From Felis catus (taxonomy: Eukaryota), in contig NC_058368.1 in assembly GCF_018350175.1 (NCBI RefSeq), forward strand, positions 95,606,001 through 95,670,000: a stretch of 64,000 nt of DNA, written 5' to 3'. Every line of letters begins with the position of its first letter. Within the stretch, counting starts at the first letter, position 1. The notes beneath the pieces were generated by a model. That model was not told the DNA's origin. It saw nothing but the letters and a program-made list of their open reading frames with translations, and made no database searches. Both the position numbers and the translations under genes were made by a program. Shown here piece by piece: positions 1 through 12,642 of the stretch.

Positions 1-581
1 TAAAATAAACAGCATCAAAACCTGTGGATATTTCTCATTTTGACCCAAGAATTTTTGGAAGGTTTAATCCGATTGATGAAACTTTATGCCATCAGTAATG
101 TATGAATATAAGCATTTTTATAATCCACAATGGTGTTATGCCAGCCTTTTCCTCCTCTTAAATTTGTCAAAGTAGGATTGAAATATAACCTTGAAATCTT
201 CTAAGACTTTGTCCCTTCTTTGCCACAGATCCTGAATACATTCTATTTCTAGTTATTCATTTAGAGAGTGAAAGCATGGAGTTTAAGTTTGAGAACATTG
301 AGTGTCACATATGTCCAGGTAGATAATATGTAAGTTCAAAGAGTATCCGCTGAATCTGATTTGATAAATCTTAATGGCCTGGTTCCCTACATTCATCATC
401 GGTGTTCACTTACATCTCTGTGGAATCTTGCCCTTTTCTCTCAGTTGCAGGTATAACCTTGTGATATCAGATGAAAGTTTCACTCTTTTACAGACACATT
501 ATCCTGAGCAAATGTTTGCCATTTTGTGAACTGCCCTCAACGCTGTGTGAGAAAAACTCCCTACTCTAAGCTGTTACTTTC

Positions 582-584
<3 letters not shown>

Positions 585-630
<46 letters not shown>

Positions 631-631
631 T
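585..631. repeat. (CT)n microsatellite
   Basis: Pure CT run 585-622 with degenerate extension. Confidence 0.95.
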
Positions 632-2220
632 TCTCTTTTGGGCACATTTCCTTTTTCCTTGGATAAAATCATTGTTCTTTCCAATCCACTTGATAGCATT
701 TTTTTTTTTAACTATAACTGCCTTCGGTGACCGACATCTTCCCACCGAACTGAATTTGCCTGTCAGTCAAACCCAAAATTAACCTTTCTAAAACAAACCT
801 TTGTATTTGCTAAATGTAAGCTTTGGGAAAGATGGGTGGTGGTAATCTGATAGAAACTGGTGAAGGGGTATTTCTGAACAATGATGTGGTTTATTATTTA
901 ACAGAAGTACTATAGAGCTAGAGGTCATATATGCCATGGAGCTTAATTGACTGAGGACAGCCCCCCTTTGTCCTTCCCCGAGACATGAATTCCATTCTAT
1001 TTGAGTCATTCTCTTTCATGCCATGCCACCCTGCCCCATCCCATCGCATCTGAATCCCTTTCTAATGCATGAACTATGAGCATGGCATTTTTTCTAGGTG
1101 GTAAGACCAGTGGAAGTCGTCTGGAAGATTTGTTGGGCCCAAGGAAGTCTTTAATAGTAGGAAAGCAGGAATCTAAGTTCCAGTTTATTTTTCAGGACAA
1201 CCATATTATTCCAACATGGCTACTGTGAGTATGGATTTAGGAAGAAGTAAAACTCCTTCAAGGTACTTTCTAAGATGAACTCAAAAGGAGTCATTAGTCT
1301 CTATGCTTTATGGAGTAAAGAAGAGGCAGTGGTAGGCTAATGTAGCTCTTCGATGAGATTTAAATTTGCTTGTGGAAATAGGAACAAAGAAAAAAGAGCA
1401 ATGAATAGAACTCAGTAGTAAATGAGTGGACATCATGGCACTCCAGCCAATGACCATGGCCAGGGAAGCTGATGTTCTCAAACTACGCTTAGGCTCTCCC
1501 TGGCTTATCTTGTCCTCCTCTGCTGTGATGCTCTTAGTTCCCAGGATAGCCTAATATGCTAAGCTGGGCTATTTCATTCACAGACTGAAAGAGGGCCACC
1601 ATTTTTCTTTTCTCCTTGATTCCTACGAAGTGAACAGAAGCTACAAGGGACACCAAAGATTTTTAAGTCTATAAATAGTTGAAGAAATGAAAGCATAGTG
1701 TGGTGGGGAAAAAGGAAAACTAATTTCATGTTCGTTGTTGAAACTATCTCATTGCAAGAGTTTAACACGACGGTGATAATGGAAAGCCTTTACAGGTTTA
1801 CTGAAAAGATTGAAACAGACACTAGACTTCAGACAATTCTATTCAAAGCTCCATTATTTATTTGCAGAGACAAAGCTACATATCCCATAAAAGGAAATGG
1901 CCTGCCGGCTAAACTTGGCTCTGCTACATGTGACTTTCCAACCAAGTTTTGGATCATCCACAGTTAATTCCACACATATACTACAAATAGAAAAATTTAC
2001 CTTACGTCAGTACATTTATTTCGAAGGATGGTAAAAATTCTCGAGATCAGCATGGTTAAGTTCACAGTGTTTATACCTGTAAAGTTGATTTGTATGCTTT
2101 GGGTTAATATTTTTATTGTGAAATAACTCTTAATATAAATTTGCAAGAAGTACTATAAACACTCTAATGTATCCTTGATCCAAATTCGTCAGTTGAGAAC
2201 ATTTAGCCCCATTTGATTTC

Positions 2221-2298
2221 TTTCTTTCTTTCCTTTTTTTTAAGTTCTTCTTTATTTTGAGAGAGAGAGAGAGAGAACACGCATGAGTAGGAGGCGGG

Positions 2299-2350
<52 letters not shown>

Positions 2351-2462
2351 CTGTCAGTGCAGAGCCCAACATGGAGGTCGATTTCACCCCGAACCATGAG
2401 ATCATGATCTGAGGTGAAATCAACAGTTGGGCGCTCACCTGACTGAGCCACCCAGACACCCC
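2221..2462 (-). mobile_element. Carnivore SINE (SINEC, older short type)
   Basis: Ends gactgagccacccagacacccc; (GA)n body; TSD gccccatttg(a/c)tttc at 2206-2220 and 2464-2478. Confidence 0.95.
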
Positions 2463-3251
2463 TGCCCCATTTGCTTTCTCATAGTCGCACTCTCTCCACC
2501 TATAAATAACACCTCTTTTCTTTCCACTAGAAAGTGAATTGCCGTTGACCCTCTTCTTGCCCTCCATACTTTCAGGCATTGCTCGCCACCAACCACTAGC
2601 ATCTGTTCACATTTTGCCAATTCGACAGATAGGACCCTTTGGAGAATTTCTTTTCTTTCTTTTTCTTTTTCTTTTTCTTTGCAGTCCAGGATGTAATTTC
2701 AATATTATGCATTGCATTTTGTTGTCATGCCACTTTGATCTTCCACCTAAAGAACTTTCCCAGCCTTTGTTCTGAATGAAATTGACATTTTTGAAGAGTA
2801 CAAGTAATTTACTTCATACATTACCCCTTAATTTGAATTTGTCTCCAGTTTCCTTTTAATTACCTTCAAGTCACGGATTTACTGCATAAATGATGTGTTA
2901 TTTTCAGTGTGTTATGCTGCGAAGGTGGTCACCTTTTCTGTTAACTTAGATCACTTGGGTCAGGTAGTTTGCACTAGATTTCTCAACTCTAAAATGAATG
3001 TTCTACTTTTATAATTTAAAGGTAATTTGAGAAGAGATACATTTTGACTATGTAAATATGCTGTACCTGACAAAGCGTTGACTCATTAGCCCTGGTGTCT
3101 TTTGAGGATTCTTGCCTGAATCAAGTGTTACAATGTTAGTTGCAAAAATTCAGTGATTTTTAAATTCTGTCATCTTATATTTATTAGTTGGCCTTCGGCT
3201 GGCTTTTTAATTTTCCTTATTTTTATCAATACATTCTAATTTTTTTATTGT

Positions 3252-3491
3252 ATTAAAAAATTTTTTTTTAACATTTATTTGTTTTTGGGAGACAGAAACA
3301 GAGAGAGACAGAGTGTGAGCAAGGTGGGGGGAGGGGCAGAGAGAGAGGGAAACACAGAACCCAAAGCAGGTTCTAAGCTCCGAGCTGAGCCGTCAGCACA
3401 GAGCCTGATGTGGGGCTCAAACTCACCAACCACCAGATCATGACCTGAGCCAAAGTCAGATGCTTAACTGACTGAGCCACCCAGGCGCCCC
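3252..3491 (-). mobile_element. SINEC_Fc
   Basis: Ends actgagccacccaggcgcccc; T-rich tail; TSD approx ctaattt(a)ttttattg. Confidence 0.95.
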
Positions 3492-3727
3492 ACTAATTTA
3501 TTTTATTGAGTAGACTCTAATCTATTACTGTCATTATTTTGTTTTGAGGGTTAAAGTATCCAGGCATTAGGAAATATTGTGCGTACCATGGTTGTTCCAA
3601 AACTTAATAATTTAAACTTGGCCACAAGATTCTATGCAACTTGGAGGAGGAAGTTGTTCTGTATCTTCCATTCTGTTCTGCCTACTGTCTGCCTCCAGAG
3701 CCCAACCTATATATCTGGAAGCCCTAG

Positions 3728-3731
<4 letters not shown>

Positions 3732-3761
<30 letters not shown>
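3732..3761. repeat. Poly(T) run
   Basis: About 30 consecutive T. Confidence 0.95.
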
Positions 3762-3762
<1 letters not shown>

Positions 3763-4105
3763 TGGTTTCTAGGTGAGTTTGGCCCATGAGGAGAGCTTGC
3801 CTATAGGTGAAGGGGGGATGCAGAGTGAGATTAGCTATTTTTCACGTAGGGTCATCATTAAAGATGATTTAATTTTTTGAGAGATTGTGAGTAAAGGCAG
3901 AACTCTTTACTCTGGATGAGTCCAAATACTTGCATTGTCCTTATTGTTCTGCCGTCTCTGATGTGTCTAGGTATAGTTTGAAAATGTATCTTGTTGAGGA
4001 TTTGTTCACCTTCTAGAATCAGCACTCTAAAAAATTCCAGATATTTTCTCTTTTAATATCGGGTCTCGCTGTTCTCTTGAACATCTCCTTTTAGAAAGAG
4101 TTTGG

Positions 4106-4310
4106 GGGGCACCTGGGTAGCTCAGTCTTAAGCGGCCGCCTTTGGCTCAGGTCATGATCTTATGGTTCATGGGTTTGAGCCCTGCATTGGGCTCTTTGCT
4201 GGCTGTACAGATCCTACTTCAGATCCTCTGTTCCTCTCTCTCTCTCTCTCTCTCTCTGCTCCTCCCTTTCTTGTGCGTGCTCTCTCTCTCTCTCTCTCAA
4301 AAAAAAAAAA
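4106..4310 (+). mobile_element. SINEC_Fc
   Basis: Starts ggggcacctgggtagctcag; (CT)n; poly(A); TSD aaagagttt at 4095-4103 and 4311-4319. Confidence 0.95.
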
Positions 4311-4578
4311 AAAGAGTTTAGATTTTTTCATGCTCTTCTTTGGGTCTCTTAACAGCTTTTTTTTTTTTTTTTTTTTTTTTTTTGTATTTTGGCCTGATTT
4401 CTCTGCACTTCATTCTAGAACATATTCTCCTATATATTTGCAGTTCACTGGTTTTCATTTCAGGTTTAATTTGCTTTTGAACCCATCACTGCATTTAAAC
4501 TTTTCATGACTGCTTTTCTTACTCAGAATTTCTTTTTGGTTTCTTTTAAAATCTAACTTGACTCATGTGAACATTTAA

Positions 4579-5050
4579 TTAATTAATTAATTAATTAATT
4601 AAAATTGTTTTTAACATTTATTTATTTATTTATTTTTAATTTTTTTTTTCAACGTTTATTTATTTTTGGGACAGAGAGAGACAGAGCATGAACGGGGGAG
4701 GGGCAGAGAGAGAGAGGGAGACACAGAATCGGAAACAGGCTCCAGGTTCTGAGCCATCAGCCCAGAGCCTGACGCGGGGCTCGAACTCCCGGTCCGCGAG
4801 ATCGTGACCTGGCTGAAGTCGGATGCTTAACCGACTGCGCCACCCAGGCGCCCCAACATTTATTTATTTTTTGAGACACAAAGCGTGAGCAGGGAAGGGG
4901 CAGAGAGAGAAGGTGACACAGAACCCGAAGCAGGCTCTAGGCTCTGAGCTGTCAGCACAGAGCCTGATGTGGGGCTCAAACCCGTGAACCAGGAGATCAT
5001 GACCTGAGCCGAAGTCAGATGCTTAACCAACTGAGCCACCCAGGAGCCCC
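4579..5050 (-). mobile_element. SINEC_Fc (outer, older; body 4855-5050, tail 4579-4627), split by a nested SINE
   Basis: Ends gagccacccaggagcccc; (TTAA)n tail; TSD gaacatttaa at 4569-4578 and 5056-5065. Confidence 0.9.
4628..4854 (-). mobile_element. Young SINEC_Fc nested in the tail of the outer SINE
   Basis: CpG-rich, ends cgactgcgccacccaggcgcccc; perfect 15-bp TSD aacatttatttattt at 4613-4627 and 4855-4869. Confidence 0.95.
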
Positions 5051-5628
5051 TCTTGGAACATTTAAAATACGCTTTTGTCAAAAAATTAGTTGCTGTTACA
5101 TCCCTCGATTTTTCTGAAGGTGTCTATGCTAGGATTTATTTTGCTGCAGATTCTTTCTCATGGAACTTCTGCCATGTTGTAATTTGTAATTTGAGAATTG
5201 GTGTTCTCCTCGGTGGTGATTTTGATGTGGGAACTCCTGTGAGGCCTATCAGGTGTTGGCTTATGCCAGGAGTCCAGGGTTCTCGTGACAATTTTTTATG
5301 TGATTTCTCAGTTTGGAGACAAATAAAGCATGTGAAAGGCATAAACTGGAATTCCAAACTGCCAAGAAGTATCGGTCACTGTTAGGTGACCCTCAGTCCT
5401 GGATAGGATTGGCTGATGACCATGTATTGGCAGGTGGTTTGTTCTTGTTGGTGTCTTCATGGAGAAGCCCGAACAGGGTCTAATTTAATGCAGAGATGCC
5501 TCCCTTTGATTTTGCTTTCCCTAGGTCCATGGTCTCTTCTTCTTGGTGCTTCAACTCCAGTGCTGAGATGAGACCAAAAATCCTATCTAGGGAATTGGCT
5601 CCCTCACACATTCATTGCTCTTAGTTCT

Positions 5629-5796
5629 TAAAGTTTTTTTGAGATAGAGAGTGAGAGGGAGAGAGAGAATCCCAACCAGGCTCTGCACTGTTAGCACAGA
5701 GCCCAACACTGGGCTCGATCTCATGAACTGTGAGATCATGACCTGAGCTGAAATCAAGAATCAGATGCTCAACCAACTGAGCCCCCCAGGCACCCC
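5629..5796 (-). mobile_element. Carnivore SINE (short type)
   Basis: gagatcatgacctgagctgaaatcaag...caggcacccc; TSD tgctctta(g/t)ttct. Confidence 0.93.
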
Positions 5797-6450
5797 CGCT
5801 GCTCTTATTTCTAATTGTTACTTTATTTCTGCTTTTTAAGAGCTGTTTAGATAAACTTCACCTACCATAAATTCACCCATTTAATGCACACATTTCAATG
5901 GGTTTTTGTATGTTCAGTTTTCAGCTTTGACCACAAGTAAGTTTAGAATATTGTCATCACCTAAAAAATAAACCCCTTATCATTTAGTGGACTCTCCTGA
6001 TGTCCCTCAGGGTTCATCACCCTGAGCCACTAATCTCCCTTCTATCTCTATGGATTTTCCTTTTCAGAATATTTCATGTAGATAGAATCCTACCATATAT
6101 AGTCATTTGTGACTGGTTTCTTTCCCTTAGCACAGCATTGTCAAGGTTCACCCATTTGTACCATGTTTCAGTATATTCTTTTGTGTTGCCAAATAATATT
6201 CCATTGCATAGATACACCACATGGTAATTATCCATTTTTCAGTTAATGGGTGTTTAGGGAATTAGCACTTTTTGGCTATTATAAATAATGCTGTTATGAC
6301 CAGTCACACACAAATTTTTGTGAGGACATATGTTTTTATTTCTCATGGTATATATGTAGGAGTAACATTGGTGGATCTTAGAGCACCTCTGTGTTTAACC
6401 TCAGAAAATGTAAAGTAATATCTCATTATAGTTTTGATTTACCTCATCCT

Positions 6451-6666
6451 TAAAAAAATTTTTTTTAATGTTTATTTATTTTTTGAGAGAGAGAGACAGA
6501 GTGCAAGCTAGGGAGGGGCAGAGAGAGAGGGAGACAGAATCTGAAGCAGGATCCAGGCTTTGAGCTGTCAGCACAGAGCCCTATGTGGGGCTCGAGCTCA
6601 TGAACCGTGACGTCATGACGTGAGCTGAAGTTGAATGTTTAACTGACTGAGCCATCCAGGTGCCCC
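6451..6666 (-). mobile_element. SINEC_Fc
   Basis: Full SINE motif; TSD gattt(a/g)cct(c/t)atcct at 6436-6450 and 6668-6682. Confidence 0.95.
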
Positions 6667-7299
6667 AGATTTGCCTTATCCTAATAGCTAATCATTGAGC
6701 ATTTTTTTCTTGTACTTATTGGCCATTTTTGGAGAAATACCTGTTGATATCTTTTGTTCATATAGGGATATGGATATTTGTCTGTCTCATAATTGAGTTC
6801 TAAGAGTTGCTATGTTTTCTAGATACAAGTTCATTATAAAATATTTGATTTGTACAAATTCTCCCCCATATTCTTTGGGTTGACTCTTCACTTATGATTC
6901 CTTGAAACCCCAAATTTTCTAAGTTTGGTGTCAAATTTACCTTTCTGTTTCTTGTGCCATTTCTAAGAAACCATTGCCTAATCCAAGAGCACATGTTTTC
7001 TTCTAAGAATGTTGTATGTTTAGCTTTTGCATTTGAGTATTGAATATAGTTTCAGAATTTTTGTATATGATGTGAGGTAGAGGTAGAAATGAATTCTTTG
7101 GCATTTACATATCGAGTCTTCCCATCACCATTTGTTGAAAAGGCCATTCTTTTCCCTTAGAATGATCTTGGTACCCTTGATAAAAATCATTTGACCATGA
7201 ATGTGAAGGTGTAGATTTGGACTCACAGTTTTCTTCTATTTATCAATATATCTGTACTCAATCCAGTGCCACACTGTGATGCATGCTTACTGGGGCTTT

Positions 7300-7517
7300 T
7301 TAAAAAAATTTTTTTTAACATTTTTATTTATTTTTGAGAGACAGAGACAGAGCATGAGCAGGGGAGGGGCAGAGAGAGGGAGACACATAATCTGAAGCAG
7401 GCCTCGGGCTCTGAGCTGTCAGCACAGAGCCTGACATGGGGCTCAAACTCATGAACCGTGAGATCATGACTTGAGCCGAAGTCAGACACTCAACCAACTG
7501 AGCCACCCAGGTGCCCC
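7300..7517 (-). mobile_element. SINEC_Fc
   Basis: Full SINE motif; TSD a(c/t)tggggcttt. Confidence 0.95.
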
Positions 7518-8084
7518 ATTGGGGCTTTGTAGTAAGCTTTGAGATGGAAAAGTATGAGTTTTCCAACTTTGTTCCTTTTCAAGGTTGTTCTGATTTGGGT
7601 CCTTTGAATTTTTGTACGATCTTTAGGATCAGATTGTCAGTTAATACAAAAAAAGATGAAAAAAATAGGTGATTATTTTTTGGGGGTGATTTTTTTCTTG
7701 GGGTGGCATGATTTTTTTTATTGTTTAAGTCAAAGTAAAATAACTTAGTGTTAATAGTTATAGGTGTATACTATAATGATTCAACAATTCTATACATTCC
7801 TCAGTGCTCATCAAGAGAAGTGTAATCTTAATCTCTTTGATCGATTTCACACATCCTCTTGCCTACTTACCCCTCTGGGAAGCCTCAGTTCTCTATATTT
7901 AAGAGTGTTTTTTGGTCTTGTTTTCACCTTTGTTCATTCGTTCTGTTTTTAAATTCCCCGTACGAGTAAATCATATGGTCTGTCTTTCTCTAACTTAGTT
8001 TGCTTAGCATGATACCCTCTAGGTCCATTCATGTTGTTGGAAATAGCAAGACCTCACTCTTCGTTATGGCTGAGTAATGTTCCA

Positions 8085-8110
8085 GTGTGTGTGTGTGTGT
8101 GTTGTATGTG

Positions 8111-8145
<35 letters not shown>
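8085..8145. repeat. (TG)n microsatellite within L1
   Basis: Interrupted TG run. Confidence 0.95.
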
Positions 8146-8609
8146 ACATACCACAGCTTCTTTATCCATATCCATGGATACTTGGGTTGCTTCCATAGCC
8201 TGGCTATTGTAAAATAATGATGCGGTACGCAGAGGGGTGCTTATATGTTTTTGAACTAGTGTTTTCATTTTCTCTGCATAGGTATCTAGTCATGGAATCA
8301 CTGGATCTTACAGTAATTCTATTTTTAGTTGTTGGAGGAATCCCCATCCTGTCTTCCACAGGGGCTGTACCAGTTTGCCTTCCGACCAACAGTGTGTCAA
8401 GGTTCCTTGTTGTCTACAACCTTGCCAACACTTCTTATTTCTTTGTGCTTTTGATTCTAACCATTCTGACTGGGGTGCAGCGATAACTCCTAATGGTTTT
8501 CATTTCTACTTCCCTGATGATTAGACTGTGCATCTTCTCCTTTGTCTGTTGGACATCTGTATGTCTTCTTTGGAAAATTGCCTATTCAGGTCCTACACCC
8601 ATTTTTAAA

Positions 8610-9005
8610 TCAGGTTATTTGTGGGTTTTTGCTGTTGGTGGTGGTGGTGGGGGTGGTGTTGAGTTGTGGAAGCTCTTCATATATTTTGAATGTTAACCCC
8701 TTAACCAGATATATTGTTTGCAAAAATCTTGTCCCATTCAGTAGGTTGCATTTTTGTTCTGTTGTTGGTTTCTTGGTGGTGCAAAACCTTTTCATTTTGG
8801 GGGGTAGTCTCAACAGTTTAACTTTGCTTTTATTTCCCTTGCCTGAGGAGACACCTCTAGAAAAAAAGATTTCTGTGACTGCTGTCACAGAAATTACACC
8901 TATATTTTCTTTTAGGAGTTTTATGGTTTCAAGTTTCACATTTGGGTCTTTAATCCATCTTGAGTTTATTTTTCTGTATGGTATGAGATGGTGGTCTACG
9001 TTCAT
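8610..9005 (-). pseudogene. Decayed L1 ORF2 C-terminal fragment
   Basis: [33 protein letters not shown] matches the L1 ORF2p segment [32 protein letters not shown]; flanking frames are broken. Confidence 0.9.
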
Positions 9006-9872
9006 TGTTTTGCATGTCGTTGTCCAGTTTTTCCAACATCGTTTGTAGATGAGACTGTCTTTTATCAGTAGTATATTTTTGCCTTCTTAATTAATTGAGT
9101 GGGTGAGATCTTACCTGGATTGTATTGAATCTGTAGATTAATTTGGCGAATGTTGCCATCTTAACACCTGTGAGTCTTTAAATTAATGAACATGGAATGT
9201 TGTGGCATTTACTTAGATCTTGACTTTCTCTCAGTGTCGTGTAGTTTTCAGAGCAACAGTTTCTCTTGTTTCATTAAACTGTTGATAGCATTTTAAATGA
9301 GATTGTTTTACTGGTGCTTTTTACTATTATACACTGCAAAAGTATAGGAATAAAACAGATTTTTCTATACTTTATTAATTTAATTAAAAAGACATTTAAA
9401 AACACTTGTATGCTGTAACCTTGCTGAGCCAGTTGTTTTCATTCTAATAATTTTCAGTGAATTTCTTAGGATTTTCTATATACAAGGTTATGTCACCTAC
9501 AAATAGAGATAGAGGCTTACATCTTTGAGATCTGATGGTTGTCTGTTTGTTTATTTATTTATTGCCTAACTGCACTTCCAATACAATGCTAGTTGGAATT
9601 GATGAGATCAGACATCCTTATCTTGTTTCTGACCTGAATGTTACACCTACTTTACCCTTGTGGGATAGATCCCACTTGTCAAGGTATACAATCACTTTGT
9701 GGTGAGGTTTTTTAGATCTATATTCATAAGAGTTCTTGGTCTATAGATGCTTTGCCTCGTGATGTTTTGTTTTGGATAGCAGAGTAACCCTCCATCACGG
9801 CGTAGGGACCACAGACTCTGCCTATTCTGACATTCAGTCACTTTTCTTAAGTAAGTTTTCCTTTATTTGCTG

Positions 9873-10576
9873 TGTATTTGTTTCCTGTGGCAGATGTAGC
9901 AGATGACCACACACCTTGTGGCTTAAAACAAAGAAAGTTATTGTGTTGCGATTCTGGAGGCCAGAAGTCCTAAATCGGTATCATTGGACTAAAATTACAA
10001 TGTTAGCACTGAGTTGTGCTGTGTTGGGGTTTCTCGGGAAGGATCCGTTCCTTGCCTACTCCAGCTTCTGGTGGCTACTAGCTTCCCTTGGTTTGTAGCC
10101 ACATCACTTTAACCTCGGTGCCCATAGGTCATAATATCTTCTCGGACTTTGTCTTACCAAATCTTTTGGTTCACTCTTGTAAAGATACTTCCAATTGAAT
10201 TAACAGCTAAACAAGATAATCCAGGTTAACCTTTTGATTTTAACATAATCACATCTGCAAAAAAAAACTTTTTCTTAAATGTGAACAGTTATGGGAGTGC
10301 CTGGGTGGCTCTGTCAGTTAAGCGTCTGACTTTGGCTCAGGTTATGACCTCATGGTTCGTAGGTTGAAGCCCCACATTGGGCTCTATGCTGACATCTTGG
10401 AGCCTGGAGCCTGCTTTGGATTTTGTGTCTCCCTCTCTGTCGGCCCCTACCCTGCTCATACTCTGTCTCTCTCTCTGAAAAATAAACATTAAAAAATGAT
10501 TTAAAAAAGATAACAGTTACAAATTCTGAAGCTGAGGACATGGGGTCTCTGGGTCGCCATTATCCAGCCTACCACA
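9873..10576 (-). mobile_element. MaLR solo LTR (MLT1C/D/E-like), interrupted by a SINE
   Basis: tgtatt...ggcttaaaacaa...ttctggaggccagaagtcc...gccattatccagcctaccaca; TG...CA ends; 5-bp TSD tgctg/tgctt. Confidence 0.85.
10293..10510 (+). mobile_element. SINEC_Fc inside the MLT1 LTR
   Basis: gggagtgcctgggtggct start; TSD aacagtta at 10284-10291 and 10512-10519. Confidence 0.95.
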
Positions 10577-10710
10577 TGCTTGATGCCCTTAGGACAGTTT
10601 CTCCAGACTTGAAATGTTTTTCCCTTGTAACTAATTTTACTAGTTACGATTGCTGGTCAAAAAGAGGTGGCAGATCTCCTCCATTGCCATTCCAGAAACA
10701 TTAAAAAAAA

Positions 10711-10786
10711 AGATTTTATTTAAATTCCAGTTAGTTAACATACAGTGTACTATTAGTTTCAGATGTACAATTTAGTGATTCAACAT
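10711..10786 (-). mobile_element. Very short carnivore L1 3' terminus
   Basis: aattccagttagttaacatacagtgt...gtacaatttagtgattcaaca, same motif as at 43990. Confidence 0.75.
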
Positions 10787-11289
10787 GTAAAAGTTTTTAA
10801 TCTAACATTTTCAACTATTTTTGGAAGGGTTTTCAGTTTATATTTTCTGTCCCTTTTGGGGACCTGGAACTCAATAATTTTAATAAACTCAGCATCACGT
10901 AAACCCAATTCAAAGCAGAACAGTCATAAGGTAATGACCCCTGGCTGCCAATAGGTATACATGCATTCGTGTGTAAAAGTGTTATTTCAACGGTGGGTTC
11001 TAAAAATGGATGCTATTTTATCCTAGTGGTTGATAGAAGTATCTGACAGAAGGAAGTTTTTAAAGGGGTCTTAGCAAATTCTACCTCTCATCACACATTG
11101 AAGGGTATTGTGGGGAGAAACATACCTGAGGTTGGCTATGATGATCAGAAGCTTGAAGTCTATGGGTTGGACGAAATCTTAGTGTTGACATTGCCAATGT
11201 GCATTCTCTTCTCTTTAGATAATTGAAAGTTGGTTTTCCTTTGGGAAGGGACTCGACCCTCATTCTCTGTGCATGGGGTGCACGATGAA

Positions 11290-12065
11290 CTCCACGCTGT
11301 TTGGCTCCAAGTTGCAGATGTTGGCGCATGAGTCAGCCATGGAAGGACAGCCTATTACCCTTGGCCCAGTGATAGTTGTATGACTTAAATGTGGACAAAG
11401 AGTGTTGGTGTTGTCAATGGTAGTTGTAGTAGTGTGGTTTGCTTCCATATATGTATGCATATGTGTGTTTTCCATTGAGATTCTTTTTCATACAATTTAT
11501 TGTCAAATTGGTTTCCATACAACACCCAGTGCTCATCCCAACAGGTGCCCTACTCAGTGCCCATCGCCCACTTTCCCCTGTCCCCCACCCCCATACACTC
11601 TCAGTTTGTTCTCTGTATTCACGAGTCTCTTATGGTTTGCCTCCCTCCCTCTCTGCTTGTAACTTTTTTTTCCCCCTCTTCCCCTCCCCTGTGTTCCATT
11701 GAGATTTAAACTGGGAAACTGTTGCTGGAACTATGTGAAAAGGGATGCTCTTTTTGTTGCATGATGGATGAGATAAGAGGATGTAAGCCTAGAAATGCCA
11801 GATGCCAGTTTTGCTACTATTTGAGGAACACTATGGGAAAATAAAGTCAAGAAAGAAGAATGTGGAGAAGGGAGAGAGATGGTTCTACGTAAGACCATTT
11901 GGTAGGACCCAGCGGTGACCACTACTGGCAACAGTATAGGGTGGTCATTTATCTGAGGGAGTACATCTCTCCCCATATCCAACCTACTTCTGTGCACATA
12001 GACCTTCCATTTCTTGCGCCTGGCCAATTTGGGTTGAACCTCTGCCCCTTGAAACTAAAAAAAAA
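11290..12065 (+). mobile_element. Old MaLR LTR (MLT1J/K-like), interrupted by an L1 fragment
   Basis: gaggatgtaagcctagaa and ggccaatttgggttgaacctctgccccttgaaact resemble the old MLT1 3' part; highly diverged. Confidence 0.4.
11483..11693 (-). mobile_element. Felid L1 3'UTR fragment, 5'-truncated
   Basis: tttattgtcaaattggtttccatacaacacccagtgctcatccc; perfect 13-bp TSD ttccattgagatt at 11470-11482 and 11694-11706. Confidence 0.92.
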
Positions 12066-12642
12066 AGTTCCCTGGGAAATAAGTGCATTCATGTTAATTT
12101 TCCAAAAAATGTGTAAGTCAGATATCTCATCTAACATAGGTATCACACAATAACATTACTCCCCGGTCAGAAGTTGATCTAGCGCTCCTTGAATCGTTAA
12201 GACGCACCAGTTGCTAATCTGCCTGAGAGCTTTAAAGGTCGTTGGAATTAGGAATTCGTGTAGAAGATGATGCGATGGTAGCCTCATCACTGTTTAGAGA
12301 TCATGATTCTTTGTCTCATGTCTGTTTCTCCCAGGCAGAACCTCGCCGCATTCATACCCAGGTGGGGGAAGCATGTGCTTCCTAAAACCAGGTACTTAGG
12401 TCCTTCCTAGGGACACCCAATTACAAAGATCCCTTGTCAGCCAGACTGTTGCCCTCTAGCAGCAAAAGCCAGGAATCATCTAAAACCTTCTCCTGAGCCT
12501 TCGTTACTACCAAGAACTCCAAACACAAACACCTGAGGGAACAGAGAAGCTCTAAGTCAGGATTCCTACCGAGCAGCAGGCATATTTTTGAACAAGCTTG
12601 AGTTGTCTCCTGTAGGGATCACAGGGAAAAGGAGAAATTGTA

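Larger units (their letters stand above)
2105..3570 (-). mobile_element. Ancient L1 3' end (L1MC4/L1MC5-like), interrupted by two SINEs
   Basis: ttttattgtgaaataa...ttgcaagaagtactata...aacatttagccccatttg and gattcttgcctgaatcaag resemble the L1MC 3'UTR in reverse; boundaries approximate. Confidence 0.6.
7712..9097 (-). mobile_element. 5'-truncated carnivore L1 (3'UTR plus ORF2 C-terminus) inserted in the older L1
   Basis: T-rich tail; 3'UTR motifs (cttagcatgataccctctaggtccattcatgttg); ORF2-like translation. Confidence 0.9.
5822..9790 (-). mobile_element. Ancient L1 (L1MB-like) 3'UTR and decayed ORF2, interrupted by two SINEs and a younger L1
   Basis: ccataaattcacccatttaa 3' end motif; ORF2-derived caccatttgttgaaaagg; resumes near 9100 with ggattgtattgaatctgtagatt. 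Confidence 0.75.

Noticed and set aside
8542..9048. 168-aa + strand ORF
   Set aside because: Antisense frame of L1 ORF2
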